The notes under the pieces were generated by a model. The model searched no databases, was not told the origin of the DNA, and was given only the letters and a program-made list of their open reading frames with translations. This document shows, in pieces, positions 8,841 through 18,300 of a DNA stretch of 62,144 nucleotides (positions within the stretch are counted from its first letter, which is position 1; the number at the start of each line of letters is the position of its first letter). The DNA lies in NCBI GenBank assembly GCA_020343455.1, contig CP070795.1, forward strand, positions 1,338,756 to 1,400,899, read 5' to 3'. Source of the stretch: a candidate division WOR-3 bacterium (GTDB taxonomy: Bacteria > Hydrothermota > Tepidihabitantia > SM23-42). The translations under genes were made by a program, and so were the position numbers.

Positions 8841-9694
8841 TCCTCCTTGGTTGGTTTGGTCGTTACGTCCTTCCACGCAGGATTTTTCGCGAGCACTACG
8901 AGTGCTGCGTTGCGTGCGGATTTTTTGTTCAAAACCTGAGTTTTTTCAAGGAAAGTGGTCATCGTTTTGAGCACTGCGTCAAAAGATCTCAGGTTTCCTT
9001 GTTCATCGGTGCAGTACCTGCAATATCTGTTGGTGGTATCCTGATTGGCGAAGTCGGTTGCTCGATGCAGGATCATTGCACAGCTTTCACACAATACCTT
9101 TGCAGTTTCCTCTGCAGTTATGGGCGCAGCGTTATTTTGTGGTTTACCCATGAGGTTGATAAATTGTTCTGTGAAATCTTTCGAGATGTTGTTGTCTTCG
9201 AACATATAGTCGCCAAAAAAGGAAAGATACGTCATTACTCCTTGCCAGGCAGTAGTGCGCATCAAGCCTTTGTCTGCCCATCGATTGAACGACTCGACGA
9301 GATAGTAGTTTGCGACCGCCAGCAGGGCGATTACCTGTTGCTTCACATCCTCGCTGAAGCTGGAGAATCCGGATAACAATGCTCTGATTGTCCGCCAATT
9401 TAAACGGACCACATGAAAGTGTTCGATGAGAAACTTCTCGAGACTTTCTGATTGAACATATGCGGCGTGCAGTCTATCGGTAACGGTGAGGACAAGACGG
9501 CGGACGACCGACAGGATCAACTCGTCACGATTCTTGAAGTGAAAAAAGACCGTGCCGTGCGCAACGGATGCTTTCTCTGCAATATTCAGAGTGGAGGACC
9601 TGAAATCAGTCTCCAAGAGAACTCGTTCGGCCACGTCCAGAAGTCTGCTTCTGGTCACCTGCTTAACGTGTTTGCGCATCGGGTTCTTGTGCAT
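8837..9694 (-). CDS. TetR/AcrR-family regulator fused to a C-terminal putative zinc-ribbon domain
   Basis: The N-terminal TetR helix-turn-helix is LNIAEKASVAHGTVFFHFKNRDEL. The C-terminus carries CESCAM...x18...CRYCTDEQGNLRSF, which resembles the Zn_ribbon_2 type domain. Confidence 0.7.
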   Translation of the reverse strand: MHKNPMRKHVKQVTRSRLLDVAERVLLETDFRSSTLNIAEKASVAHGTVFFHFKNRDELILSVVRRLVLTVTDRLHAAYVQSESLEKFLIEHFHVVRLNWRTIRALLSGFSSFSEDVKQQVIALLAVANYYLVESFNRWADKGLMRTTAWQGVMTYLSFFGDYMFEDNNISKDFTEQFINLMGKPQNNAAPITAEETAKVLCESCAMILHRATDFANQDTTNRYCRYCTDEQGNLRSFDAVLKTMTTFLEKTQVLNKKSARNAALVVLAKNPAWKDVTTKPTKEE

Positions 9695-9719
9695 AGTCTA
9701 GCTCTCCTTTCTGAGTTTT

Positions 9720-9740
9720 CACTCACTGAGTGTACACTCA
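9720..9740. promoter_or_regulatory. Candidate TetR operator made of three alternating half-sites
   Basis: CACTCA-c-TGAGTG-ta-CACTCA forms two overlapping perfect palindromes. It sits directly downstream of the tetR -10 box and covers the predicted transcription start. Confidence 0.5.
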
Positions 9741-9768
9741 ATTATAATGAAAATCTTGTGTTTGTCAA
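9741..9768 (-). promoter_or_regulatory. sigma70-type promoter of the tetR-like/beta-helix operon
   Basis: On the minus strand, TTGACA (9768-9763), a 16-nt spacer and TATAAT (9746-9741). Confidence 0.6.
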
Positions 9769-9933
9769 GGGTAGACTTGACGTACATGCAGTTTAGGGTC
9801 TTGAAGGAGATATTATGTAAACATATTGAAACATTTTTGTGTTCAATGCGTATTACTTCTTATACAGCTGCCAAATCTTTGAGTGCGCTTTAGATTTTCT
9901 ACAAATGTGTACCGATGACAGAAGGGAGGTCAT

Positions 9934-10767
9934 ATGATCAGTGCATTCGGCATTATGCTGGTTATTGGTCATCTAAGTTGTCCATCTGTGGGCGGGATGT
10001 ATGGAAGTATGATGGTCGGCTTCTTCGAAAAGACCGAAGAATTCCAGGAGACCTACAGAGTCTCGCCAGATACGAGATTGACGATCGAGAATATCAACGG
10101 AGATATCAAGATCATTCAGTGGAGCGAGGATCATGTTGAGGTATATGCGCAGAAGAAGACGAATCACGGTCAGGAGGAGCTGGACAAAGTAAGGATCGAT
10201 GTTACGACCGATGGAATACTGCGCGTACGAACCGAGTATCTCGAGGAAAAGGTACGGGCGTCAGTTCATTACGTACTGAGTGTTCCTAGTGATGTCGTTG
10301 TCGACCTCGTGAAGACGTCAAATGGCTGTATTGACCTGGAGGAGATCCAGGGTGATACCGAGATAGTGACTTCTAACGGTGATGTCAATTTGCAGCATGT
10401 CACAGGAAGTGTCCTAATACAGACGGCTAATGGCGAAATACAGATTAAAGGCAAGACCATGGTCCGTGAGGCCAGCACCTCAAACGGGGACATCCGCATT
10501 GATATACACGGCGTACCCGAAGGTGGATCCACAATCGCAACCAGCAATGGTTCGATTGATCTCTATGTCAGCGACGGATTGAATGCTGATCTTCGTGGGG
10601 CGACGTCGCAGGGAAAGATATCAACAAAAGGCCTCGCTCTGCAGTCTCGATTCAATGCTACTGCTCAATCAGCGACATTCGTCACCGGTGAGGTCGGTGC
10701 GGGCGGCAACTTGATTGATCTAAGCACATCGAACGGCGATGTAAGGTTGTACAGACTGGACAAATAA
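9934..10767 (+). CDS. DUF4097 family beta-strand repeat protein (putative adhesin)
   Basis: Repeated SNG-D/S-I motifs are present (NGDIKII, SNGCIDL, SNGDVNL, ANGEIQI, SNGDIRI, SNGSIDL, SNGDVRL). The N-terminus is hydrophobic, and GGGAGG precedes the ATG. Confidence 0.7.
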   Translation: MISAFGIMLVIGHLSCPSVGGMYGSMMVGFFEKTEEFQETYRVSPDTRLTIENINGDIKIIQWSEDHVEVYAQKKTNHGQEELDKVRIDVTTDGILRVRTEYLEEKVRASVHYVLSVPSDVVVDLVKTSNGCIDLEEIQGDTEIVTSNGDVNLQHVTGSVLIQTANGEIQIKGKTMVREASTSNGDIRIDIHGVPEGGSTIATSNGSIDLYVSDGLNADLRGATSQGKISTKGLALQSRFNATAQSATFVTGEVGAGGNLIDLSTSNGDVRLYRLDK

Positions 10768-10849
10768 TTGGAAGGGTAATTTCCATTTGAATGGGGAAGG
10801 ATCTATCGGTGAAGATCTACCCATTCGTGCTTACGGATAAGGGAAGTTC

Positions 10850-11467
10850 TTAGCGTCTTCTCAGAATGAATCCTGTGTCGTTGATGTAGACAAACATGGT
10901 ATCTGGAGTAGCATATTGAAATGCGGCGATACCATAGGCAGTGTCGACCCCGGGGATCTTTTCGGCATGTTTGAGGAGAAACCTCCACAGGCGCTCTTCC
11001 GGGTGGATTTGATAGATCGAGATCAGGGCGTCTTCGCCTATTTCACGACGGCCAGAGAAACGTGTGATGCGGTAGTAGGAACCAGCCCCTAACCAGCGAA
11101 GGAGGGCGCCCCACCTCAGGAAATATCCCTCGATCATCCACTGATCCCCTACAATATTGAAAAAATGCATTCGGTTCTCTCGTTCAATATAGAAGGTCAT
11201 TCTCGTGCTGTCATTCGCCGGTTCGGTGCAGACCCAGCCTATTCTCTCTTCGTGCGTATATCTGGCAAAAGTTTGCATAAACAAAGAAAGATATACCAGA
11301 GATGACGCAAACACGATAATAAGCAATGAAAGCAGGAGTCTGGACAAGAATACCTTGATCTTCTGCCTTCCCTTGATCGTCCGGAACAGAGAGTGGATTA
11401 GGAGGACGAGAGCAGACGTCAGGAATACCAGGCCGGCTAAACCGGTCAACAAGACGAATCTGTCCAT
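10850..11467 (-). CDS. Hypothetical membrane protein (two N-terminal TM helices)
   Basis: This is the long ORF. Its ATG lies 5 nt downstream of a consensus -10 box. No family was recognised. Confidence 0.5.
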   Translation of the reverse strand: MDRFVLLTGLAGLVFLTSALVLLIHSLFRTIKGRQKIKVFLSRLLLSLLIIVFASSLVYLSLFMQTFARYTHEERIGWVCTEPANDSTRMTFYIERENRMHFFNIVGDQWMIEGYFLRWGALLRWLGAGSYYRITRFSGRREIGEDALISIYQIHPEERLWRFLLKHAEKIPGVDTAYGIAAFQYATPDTMFVYINDTGFILRRR

Positions 11468-11472
11468 AGTGG

Positions 11473-11500
11473 ATTATAGCTTTAACATAGAGGGAGTCAA
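11473..11500 (-). promoter_or_regulatory. sigma70-type promoter giving a predicted leaderless transcript
   Basis: On the minus strand, TTGACT (11500-11495), a 16-nt spacer and TATAAT (11478-11473). Five nt (ccact) follow, then the ATG at 11467. Confidence 0.6.
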
Positions 11501-11562
11501 TGGGTGGTGCCCTCTGTACTTTGATCCTGCGGGGCACGAGACTTAAACCTCATTAGAGCCTC

Positions 11563-11591
11563 TTGACTGGATCATTCCGGCTCAATATAAT
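11563..11591 (+). promoter_or_regulatory. sigma70-type promoter for the small paralogue A gene
   Basis: TTGACT (11563-11568), a 17-nt spacer and TATAAT (11586-11591). AGGAGG lies before the ATG at 11645. Confidence 0.6.
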
Positions 11592-11644
11592 AGATTAAGT
11601 TGCTTGAGGTGTAAAAATGGCCTGTACTGTATTTAGGAGGATCG

Positions 11645-12076
11645 ATGGAAAATGATGCAGCGCGCATTGTGCTGCACTTCGAGGATGACAGGTTACTCAA
11701 AGGCTACACGAACGACTTTACCCCTCTAAGGGAGAAATTTCACCTGGTGTCTGATAATGAATGGGACAAGGGCAGGATCTATGAAGTCCATTGCTCAGAT
11801 CTCAAGGCGATCTTCTTCGTTAAGACGCTTGAGGGTAACAGAGACTATATCGAGAAGAAGGATTTCAGCGATGTTGACACTCAGGGACTCCGGGGCCTGA
11901 AGGTGAAGGTGGTGTTTCCAGATGGTGAAGTTATCCGTGGAACGAGTTTCGGTTACAGCCGAAGACGCAAAGGCTTCTTTGTCGTTCCGGTCGACCCCGA
12001 AAGCAATAATGAACGTATCTACGTAGTCACTGATAAAGTCCGTGCCGTTCGCGTTGGCGCCGAGGCTGAGCGATAA
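11645..12076 (+). CDS. Conserved hypothetical small protein, paralogue A (internally duplicated beta-rich module)
   Basis: By eye it is roughly 60 percent identical to the protein at 14435-14878. Shared blocks include LLKG-T-DFTP, KAIFFVKTL, GLRG-K-KV-F-DGEV-RG, KGFFV-PVDP-SNNER-YV. Confidence 0.6.
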   Translation: MENDAARIVLHFEDDRLLKGYTNDFTPLREKFHLVSDNEWDKGRIYEVHCSDLKAIFFVKTLEGNRDYIEKKDFSDVDTQGLRGLKVKVVFPDGEVIRGTSFGYSRRRKGFFVVPVDPESNNERIYVVTDKVRAVRVGAEAER

Positions 12077-12148
12077 TAAAGGTCAATTGCCGAAGCCGCG
12101 TCCGGAGTAACGAAGTCGTAACCTTGCATATGTAGTCTGCGCGCGTAC

Positions 12149-12177
12149 TTGACACGCACCAGCATGCCGCGTAACAT
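12149..12177 (+). promoter_or_regulatory. sigma70-type promoter giving a predicted leaderless transcript for the second DUF885 gene
   Basis: TTGACA (12149-12154), a 17-nt spacer and TAACAT (12172-12177). Six nt follow, then the ATG at 12184. No Shine-Dalgarno sequence is present. Confidence 0.55.
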
Positions 12178-12183
12178 CAATAG

Positions 12184-13857
12184 ATGAAGATCATCCGGAT
12201 CATTGGTATATTCGTTCTGGCAGGCGTTCTTACTTTCGCCATGGCGGCGGATTTCGATGTCATGGCTGACGAGATTCTGGAGGAGATCTGGGACTTCCAC
12301 CCGATTGCGGCGACTCATCTCGGGCGTCATGAGCATGATGCACGTATGCCGGACTATTCTGCGAAAGCACTGCAGGCAAGGTGTGAGCGTCTTGAGCAGT
12401 GGTATGACGCCTGGTGCACGATCGACACAATAGGAATGCCACCAGAGCGGCGCGTCGATTACATCCTGCTCAAGGCATCTCTCTATGATGAGATATACGA
12501 CATTCGAGAGGGCCGGGTATACGAAAAAAACCCGCTTGTCTATGTCCAGGCATGCGTTTACGGTGTCTATACCATATTGACCCGCCACGCTTCCGATCCT
12601 GACCAAAAGGCGGCAGCGGTCATTGCTCGGTTGAACCAGTTGCCATACTTTCTGAAGTGCGCAATGGAGAACCTCAAACGGCCGGCGGTTATACTGTGCG
12701 AGGTCGGTGTCGATCAGCTGAACGAAGGCGAAAGATTCATCGAGGATGTATTCGGGCACTTCAGTGATTCACTCAGTCCGGAGCGTGTGCTTGAATTTCA
12801 ACGGGCGAAAACAATAGCAGTTGCCGCAATGATGCAATTTGGATATTGGCTCCAGAAGAACGGGGATCCGGATGCTGTATATGCTTTGGGCAGGGAAGGT
12901 TACGACCTCAAATTGCATAATGTTCATCTTCTGGACATTGATGCCGACAGCTTGCTTAGGGTCGGCGAATATTATCTACGGGCTACAGGGGCAATGATCG
13001 ACAGTCTGACTGCATTGCTCAAACCGCCGCTCCGGCAAATGGTTGTCCTGCCTCCGGATTTTGGTCCGGCCCAGGTGGTTGAATACCGCGAGGAAGAATT
13101 GAGAGATGTGCGCGACTTTGTAGCAGCATCCGGCGTGTTGACCATACCGGCGTGGGTAGGTGATATCAAGATCGTCGAGACGCCGAGTTTTCTTGTAGGG
13201 CTGGTTCCGGGTGTGGCGATTATGCCGCCCGGTGCGTTTGATAAGTTACGGACGAGTTATTTCTACACACCGCGGCTTCCCGTCGTCTTTGACAGAAATG
13301 ACGCCGAGTATTATTATAACTACATACACAACCGATGGTTCCGGGAATCGGCAGTGCACGAGGCATATCCTGGTCATCACCTTCAGAAGTCGATTGCTAA
13401 CAATCACCCCTCGGCCGTACGTAAGAGCTTCGGCGACTACTTTCTCGTCGAGGGGTGGGCATTGTACTGCGAGGAATTGATGGTGCTGATTGGTTATTAT
13501 GAGGATACGGTCGCTGCAATGATTAACGCCCTTGAAGGCGTGAGGTACAGGGCAGCGCGGGTCGTCGTCGATGTCAAACTGCAGACCCGTAGCTTCACAT
13601 ATGAGGACGCGCTGCGTTTCATGGTTGATAATTTTGGGGGTAGTGAGGGGTATTATTCACGCGAGGTGAAGAGATACATCAGCAATCCAATACAGCCGTC
13701 CAGTTATCTGATCGGGAAATTGCAGTTACAGTCACTGCTTGAAGAATATAGATCGATGAAGGGTAGCGAATTCAGGCTGCGTGACTTTCACGATGAATTA
13801 CTGAGTCACGGGTCGATCCCGATCAAACTCATCCGAAGGCTCATGATAGGAGGATGA
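12184..13857 (+). CDS. DUF885 family protein, secreted paralogue
   Basis: The signal peptide is MKIIRIIGIFVLAGVLTFAMA. HEAYPGHHLQ and EGWALYCEELM motifs are present. Confidence 0.8.
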   Translation: MKIIRIIGIFVLAGVLTFAMAADFDVMADEILEEIWDFHPIAATHLGRHEHDARMPDYSAKALQARCERLEQWYDAWCTIDTIGMPPERRVDYILLKASLYDEIYDIREGRVYEKNPLVYVQACVYGVYTILTRHASDPDQKAAAVIARLNQLPYFLKCAMENLKRPAVILCEVGVDQLNEGERFIEDVFGHFSDSLSPERVLEFQRAKTIAVAAMMQFGYWLQKNGDPDAVYALGREGYDLKLHNVHLLDIDADSLLRVGEYYLRATGAMIDSLTALLKPPLRQMVVLPPDFGPAQVVEYREEELRDVRDFVAASGVLTIPAWVGDIKIVETPSFLVGLVPGVAIMPPGAFDKLRTSYFYTPRLPVVFDRNDAEYYYNYIHNRWFRESAVHEAYPGHHLQKSIANNHPSAVRKSFGDYFLVEGWALYCEELMVLIGYYEDTVAAMINALEGVRYRAARVVVDVKLQTRSFTYEDALRFMVDNFGGSEGYYSREVKRYISNPIQPSSYLIGKLQLQSLLEEYRSMKGSEFRLRDFHDELLSHGSIPIKLIRRLMIGG

Positions 13858-13879
13858 GTTTTGTGGTTGCAGACCCACC

Positions 13880-14284
13880 CCGTCAATGATAGTAGTTGAA
13901 TTCTGATCTGAATAGCCTTTCAACCTTTTGATCAAAGATCGTGCCCAGTTGAAGGCGGCAATCCCGCCGATGGTATTTCCGGTCACGATGCCCCACCATA
14001 TGCCCGGCAGATCCATGGCCAGAACATATGAGTAGATTTACGCAAGCGACACCGAGCCTTGTTGCCAGGGCAATTATCATGAAGAAGAATGGGAAGAAGA
14101 AGCCGACGGCCGAGAGCGCGTCGGGTCCCAGACCAGACACCCAGATCGCATCAACAAAACTGTATGTTGTCTGAACAGACATCGCGATGATCATTGGGAT
14201 AGAAAGCTTCACAATTGCTTTCTTGGGATTACCAAGAAGCGTTCGGACGCCATTAGTTTGTTTCGGCTGGGTTTCTCTGATTAT
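13880..14284 (-). pseudogene. MATE-family efflux transporter relic (N-terminal about 75 aa joined out of frame to C-terminal about 40 aa)
   Basis: One frame gives the MATE N-terminus LLGNPKKAIVKLSIPMIIAMSVQTTYSFVDAIWVSGLGPDALSAVGFFFPFF, with no ATG upstream. Another frame gives the MATE C-terminus GIWWGIVTGNTIGGIAAFNWARSLIKRLKG. About 350 aa of the middle are missing. Confidence 0.7.
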
Positions 14285-14387
14285 TCAGTCACGTTCGGAT
14301 TTCAGTAAGACCGATACACAGTATAGCCAGACAATGCTACGTGTCAACGGAGTGCCCGGTCATGTACTTGAAGGTGCAAAACAGTAG

Positions 14388-14415
14388 TTGACACATCAAG
14401 CAATATGGCTATGCT
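14388..14415 (+). promoter_or_regulatory. sigma70-type promoter for the small paralogue B gene
   Basis: TTGACA (14388-14393), a 16-nt spacer and TATGCT (14410-14415). GGAGG (14425-14429) lies before the ATG at 14435. Confidence 0.55.
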
Positions 14416-14434
14416 ATTAGAGAAGGAGGTTTGT

Positions 14435-14878
14435 ATGATGGATGGGGTGGCCGCCGAGAGAAACCGTATCGTCGTTCGATTCAAGGATGGGAGATTACTC
14501 AAAGGCTTCACGCATGACTTTACACCGGTCAAGGATTCCTTTCACCTAACCTCTGAATCGGAGGGTGATCAGGGTAAGATCTACGAAGTTTTCTGCCCGA
14601 ATCTGAAGGCAATCTTTTTTGTCAAGACCTTGAACGGCGACGTAAACTACAAAGAGAAAAAGAGGTTTGATGAAGTAGATACATCCGGTCTGAGGGGTAT
14701 CAAGATAAAAGTTGAGTTCAATGACGGCGAGGTGTTGCGCGGGATCAGTCTTGGCTACAGCAGGACGCGTAAGGGTTTCTTCGTCATACCCGTTGATCCG
14801 GACAGCAATAATGAACGCGTGTATGTCATTTCCAATGCCGTGCGTGACGTCAAGTTAGGTAGCGCGGCAGAGAAGTAG
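14435..14878 (+). CDS. Conserved hypothetical small protein, paralogue B
   Basis: It is a paralogue of 11645-12076. The start was moved to ATG 14435 because of the promoter and Shine-Dalgarno placement. Confidence 0.6.
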   Translation: MMDGVAAERNRIVVRFKDGRLLKGFTHDFTPVKDSFHLTSESEGDQGKIYEVFCPNLKAIFFVKTLNGDVNYKEKKRFDEVDTSGLRGIKIKVEFNDGEVLRGISLGYSRTRKGFFVIPVDPDSNNERVYVISNAVRDVKLGSAAEK

Positions 14879-15076
14879 TACGTGTCGAAGATGTACTAAT
14901 TCCCTGTGTGTGAACCAGGCGTCTGCCGTATATGCACGATGGTTCACCTTGACCACAGTCTGACCCGGGACGTATCCGGAAGACCAATCTGGCATCAAAA
15001 TGTATGTTTGTACAGGGCGGGAAATTCAATCGCACCCTGTCGCGCCGAATGTTGACTATATTGACCAAATGAGCTA

Positions 15077-15104
15077 TTGACAGTTCAAATCAATAAACTA
15101 TAAT
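15077..15104 (+). promoter_or_regulatory. Consensus sigma70 promoter far upstream of the giant T9SS gene
   Basis: TTGACA (15077-15082), a 16-nt spacer and TATAAT (15099-15104). This predicts a 5' leader of about 290 nt before the ATG at 15398. Confidence 0.55.
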
Positions 15105-15397
15105 CTCTGGCTTATTAATGGAATTGTAGAGTATACAGCCTGCACTGAAGGGTAAGAAACTGAAGTTGAGCGGAGCGCGCCCCACGCGTATAATATGGGA
15201 TGGAGGTGCCTGGAGCACACAGATTCTTGCTGTATTAAGAAGGTTTTGTACAAAGCCCTTGATGATTAGATCACATCAAAGGAGGAGTGGAGGAAGTGGA
15301 AATACGAAAGCCGCAGCGACAGTGTTGTGGCTTCTGTGACTGCAAAACGATGAACACCACGAGAAATCATTTCATAGAAAGACAACGAGGAGGAACG

Positions 15398-18300
15398 ATG
15401 AGTAAATCATTGAATGTGCTCCTGCTGATGATCATTTTTGTATCATCAGTATGGGCAGAGAAGCAAGGTGATACGGATATTCAGTGGTATGCTGGAGGGT
15501 CTTTCGGAACACGGGCTAACTGGACGAACGTTAAGTTGTATGACGGCTCCTCCACCTTGCGGGACATCGTCATCGGCACAAAGATAAAAGGCGCAACTGA
15601 TGACACGATACGGCTTTTCAGTGTCTCGTCTGCATCACCGAGAAACGTTATGCTCATGACCGACACCTCGACATCGTCGACTACACCGATAGAAAACAGA
15701 TGGATCGCTGATACACTTTACCAGCCCGGGACAGGGTTCTATTCGGCGGCAATCGGCGACGTTGACCGTGATGGGGATGATGACCTTGTCTTCGGCCGGA
15801 CGAGTTCTCCGTACAACATGTTATGGAAGTACTGGACCGGTACGGGCTGGAATACAACCGACACCCTCATTACTACAAACGGGAGCTACGGTTACATCTA
15901 TGATATAAAAATCGGCGATGCGAACAACGACGGTTATGCCGATGACATCATTTACACAAACAGATATGCGGTGATGAGAGCGTACTGGAATGGCAGCAGT
16001 TGGGATACGCTTCGGTTGTGGGACGGAAACGGCTCCACCTGTTATGGTGTTGCTATCGGCGATTTCGACGCCAGTCATACCGGCAACGAGATCGTGGCTG
16101 TCACCTACGGGCCGACAGGGTCAGCAGAGGTCATGGAAATAATGTGGAATTCTGTAACGAGCTCCTGGGATCTGTATCAGATACTCATGGCTCCTGTCGA
16201 TTTCAATATGTATGCCGTGGAAATTGGTGATTTCGATGCCAGCCATCCGGGAAATGAAATAGCCATTGGTTGTGGCGGTACACTCACGGACGACTATGGT
16301 TCTATAATCGAAGTGTATGGCTCTGGCACGAGTTGGTCTTACCGTGCATGTTACACACCACCGGCCTATCATTATGTACGTGACATGGGCATCGGCGATT
16401 TTCTGGATGAGAATGCGGGTGACGAAATCGTGTTCGTGGTTAGCACATCACCATATGAGGTGCGCGCGGTCTACGGTTCTGGTGCGACCTGGTATGATCA
16501 GGCACTCTTCTCACCAGGCGGCACAAGTTATGGTGTAGACGTGGGTGATGTGGATCAGTATCGTACAGCGAATGATGAGATCGCTATCACCGGCTACTAT
16601 GATATCTACGAAGCCGAGCAGATCTGGTATACGAATGATCTTGGCGTGAACTGGGCGAGGCTGCGCAATCCGACGTCGATCATTAACCTGCAGGACACGA
16701 TCACGGTCAACATCGTCAATTCCGGTACGGCCGCGCAGTCGGGGTTCAGCGTCGGATATTCATTCCAGACCAACCCGGCAAGTGGCAGCGTCGTGTACAG
16801 TGGAACGCTCTCTCCAGGCACGACCGATTCAGTGAAGATACCAATAACCTTCAATACCCTCGGTTGGGATACGCTGTATGTTTACACGATGCTCGGAGGC
16901 GACGAAAACCCGGCTAATGATACAACGCTGTTCCATATCGAGGTATATGACGACAGCACCGTAGCGGCATCCGGTTTTAACGTGCTCAATTTCCCTCCAC
17001 GGGGCTGGACGGCGACGATACTTGCCGGCACCTATAACTGGGCGCGGTATACCTCGCCGACCCTTCCTTCGGCACCCGTGCTTGAGGGTTACGCCGTTGC
17101 CGGATACAACAGCTACAGCGCATCGGCCGGTTACATGGCGCGCCTGCGGACCCATCAGTTCAACGTCGGGCCTTCAGCTAAGAAACTCATGCTGCGTTTC
17201 TATATGTACGGCGATGATGGTTATGCGACTCAAAATGATTCTATATACGTTGAGTATTCTTTCGATGACGTCAATTACACGACCGTTGCCGGCTTTGATC
17301 GTGTAGATACCATAGATGCCTGGCGCGTGTTCGATGTCGAGATCGGCGACTTTGCCGCGAACATGGATATGTACGTTGGTTTCCTCGCGGTGAGCAAATC
17401 CGGTTACCGTATGTACATCGATTCAGTCAGACTCTTTACGACAACGCCTACGGCGGCAAATACCGATGCGGGTGTCGTGGCGATCGAGCCGTGGGCGGCA
17501 CCACTCTTCGTCGGCGACAGTCTCGAAGTGACGGTCACGGTTAGGAACTACGGTCTCAATACACTTACGACGACGCCGGTGTTCTTTACGGACGGCGGTG
17601 CGGACACGACGACCGAAACGTGGACGGGTTCGTTGGTTATCGGGCAAACTGACGACTTCGTCTTCTCTGAGAAATTCGTGCCTGCAGCCTCTGGTGATGT
17701 TACACTCTGGGCAGGCACGGCATTGCCAGGTGACCAGGTGTCTGAGAACGATACGACTAGCATTACCTTCACGGTCTGTCCGTTTTCTAATGTACCGCCC
17801 TACGTGAAAGACTTTGAAGAGGATTGGTCGAATTCGACGAACCCGCCGTTCTGCGGCTGGACGATAATTGACGGTGGAACCGAGACGCCCAATATAGTGA
17901 ACAACAACGACTGGCACAAATACTACTATTCAACTACGAGCAGCAATGTGGCCCGTATTTACTGGTCGCCGGTTGAAACGAGTGATGACTGGCTAATCTC
18001 GCCGCGACTCGACTGTTCGAATAGTGGCGGTAGTTACACATTAACATACTGGCACTATTATAATGATTACACTACGTCCAACCTCGATTCGGGTAGGGTA
18101 CTGTTGAGCACGGACGGCGGGACGAATTGGCAGACGGTCGCCATATACTCTAACGCCGACTCGTCTGGACTCGAGACTTTCGATATCACTGCACTCGTCG
18201 CCGGCCAGTCTGATGTCAAGGTCGGTTTCCATTACGTGGCTACAGATGAGATGTATTGGTACGTCGATGATTTCAGACTGGACTTCTTGGCGGATACGAC

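Noticed and set aside
12019-12759. Long antisense ORFs inside well-supported genes (12019-12759, 21329-21976, 35919-36545, 46640-47281, 60719-61258).
   Set aside because: Their translated sequences are low-complexity (Ser/Arg/Pro-rich). They have no start signals and fully overlap genes with clear family motifs on the other strand. This is typical of shadow ORFs in DNA of about 50 percent GC.
14879-15076. A 200-nt stretch with no ORF and no promoter between paralogue B and the adhesin promoter, considered as a small RNA gene.
   Set aside because: It contains one 7-8 bp hairpin (TGAACCA...TGGTTCA) with a 22-nt loop. There is no promoter/terminator pair or recognisable RNA family motif, so the evidence is insufficient.
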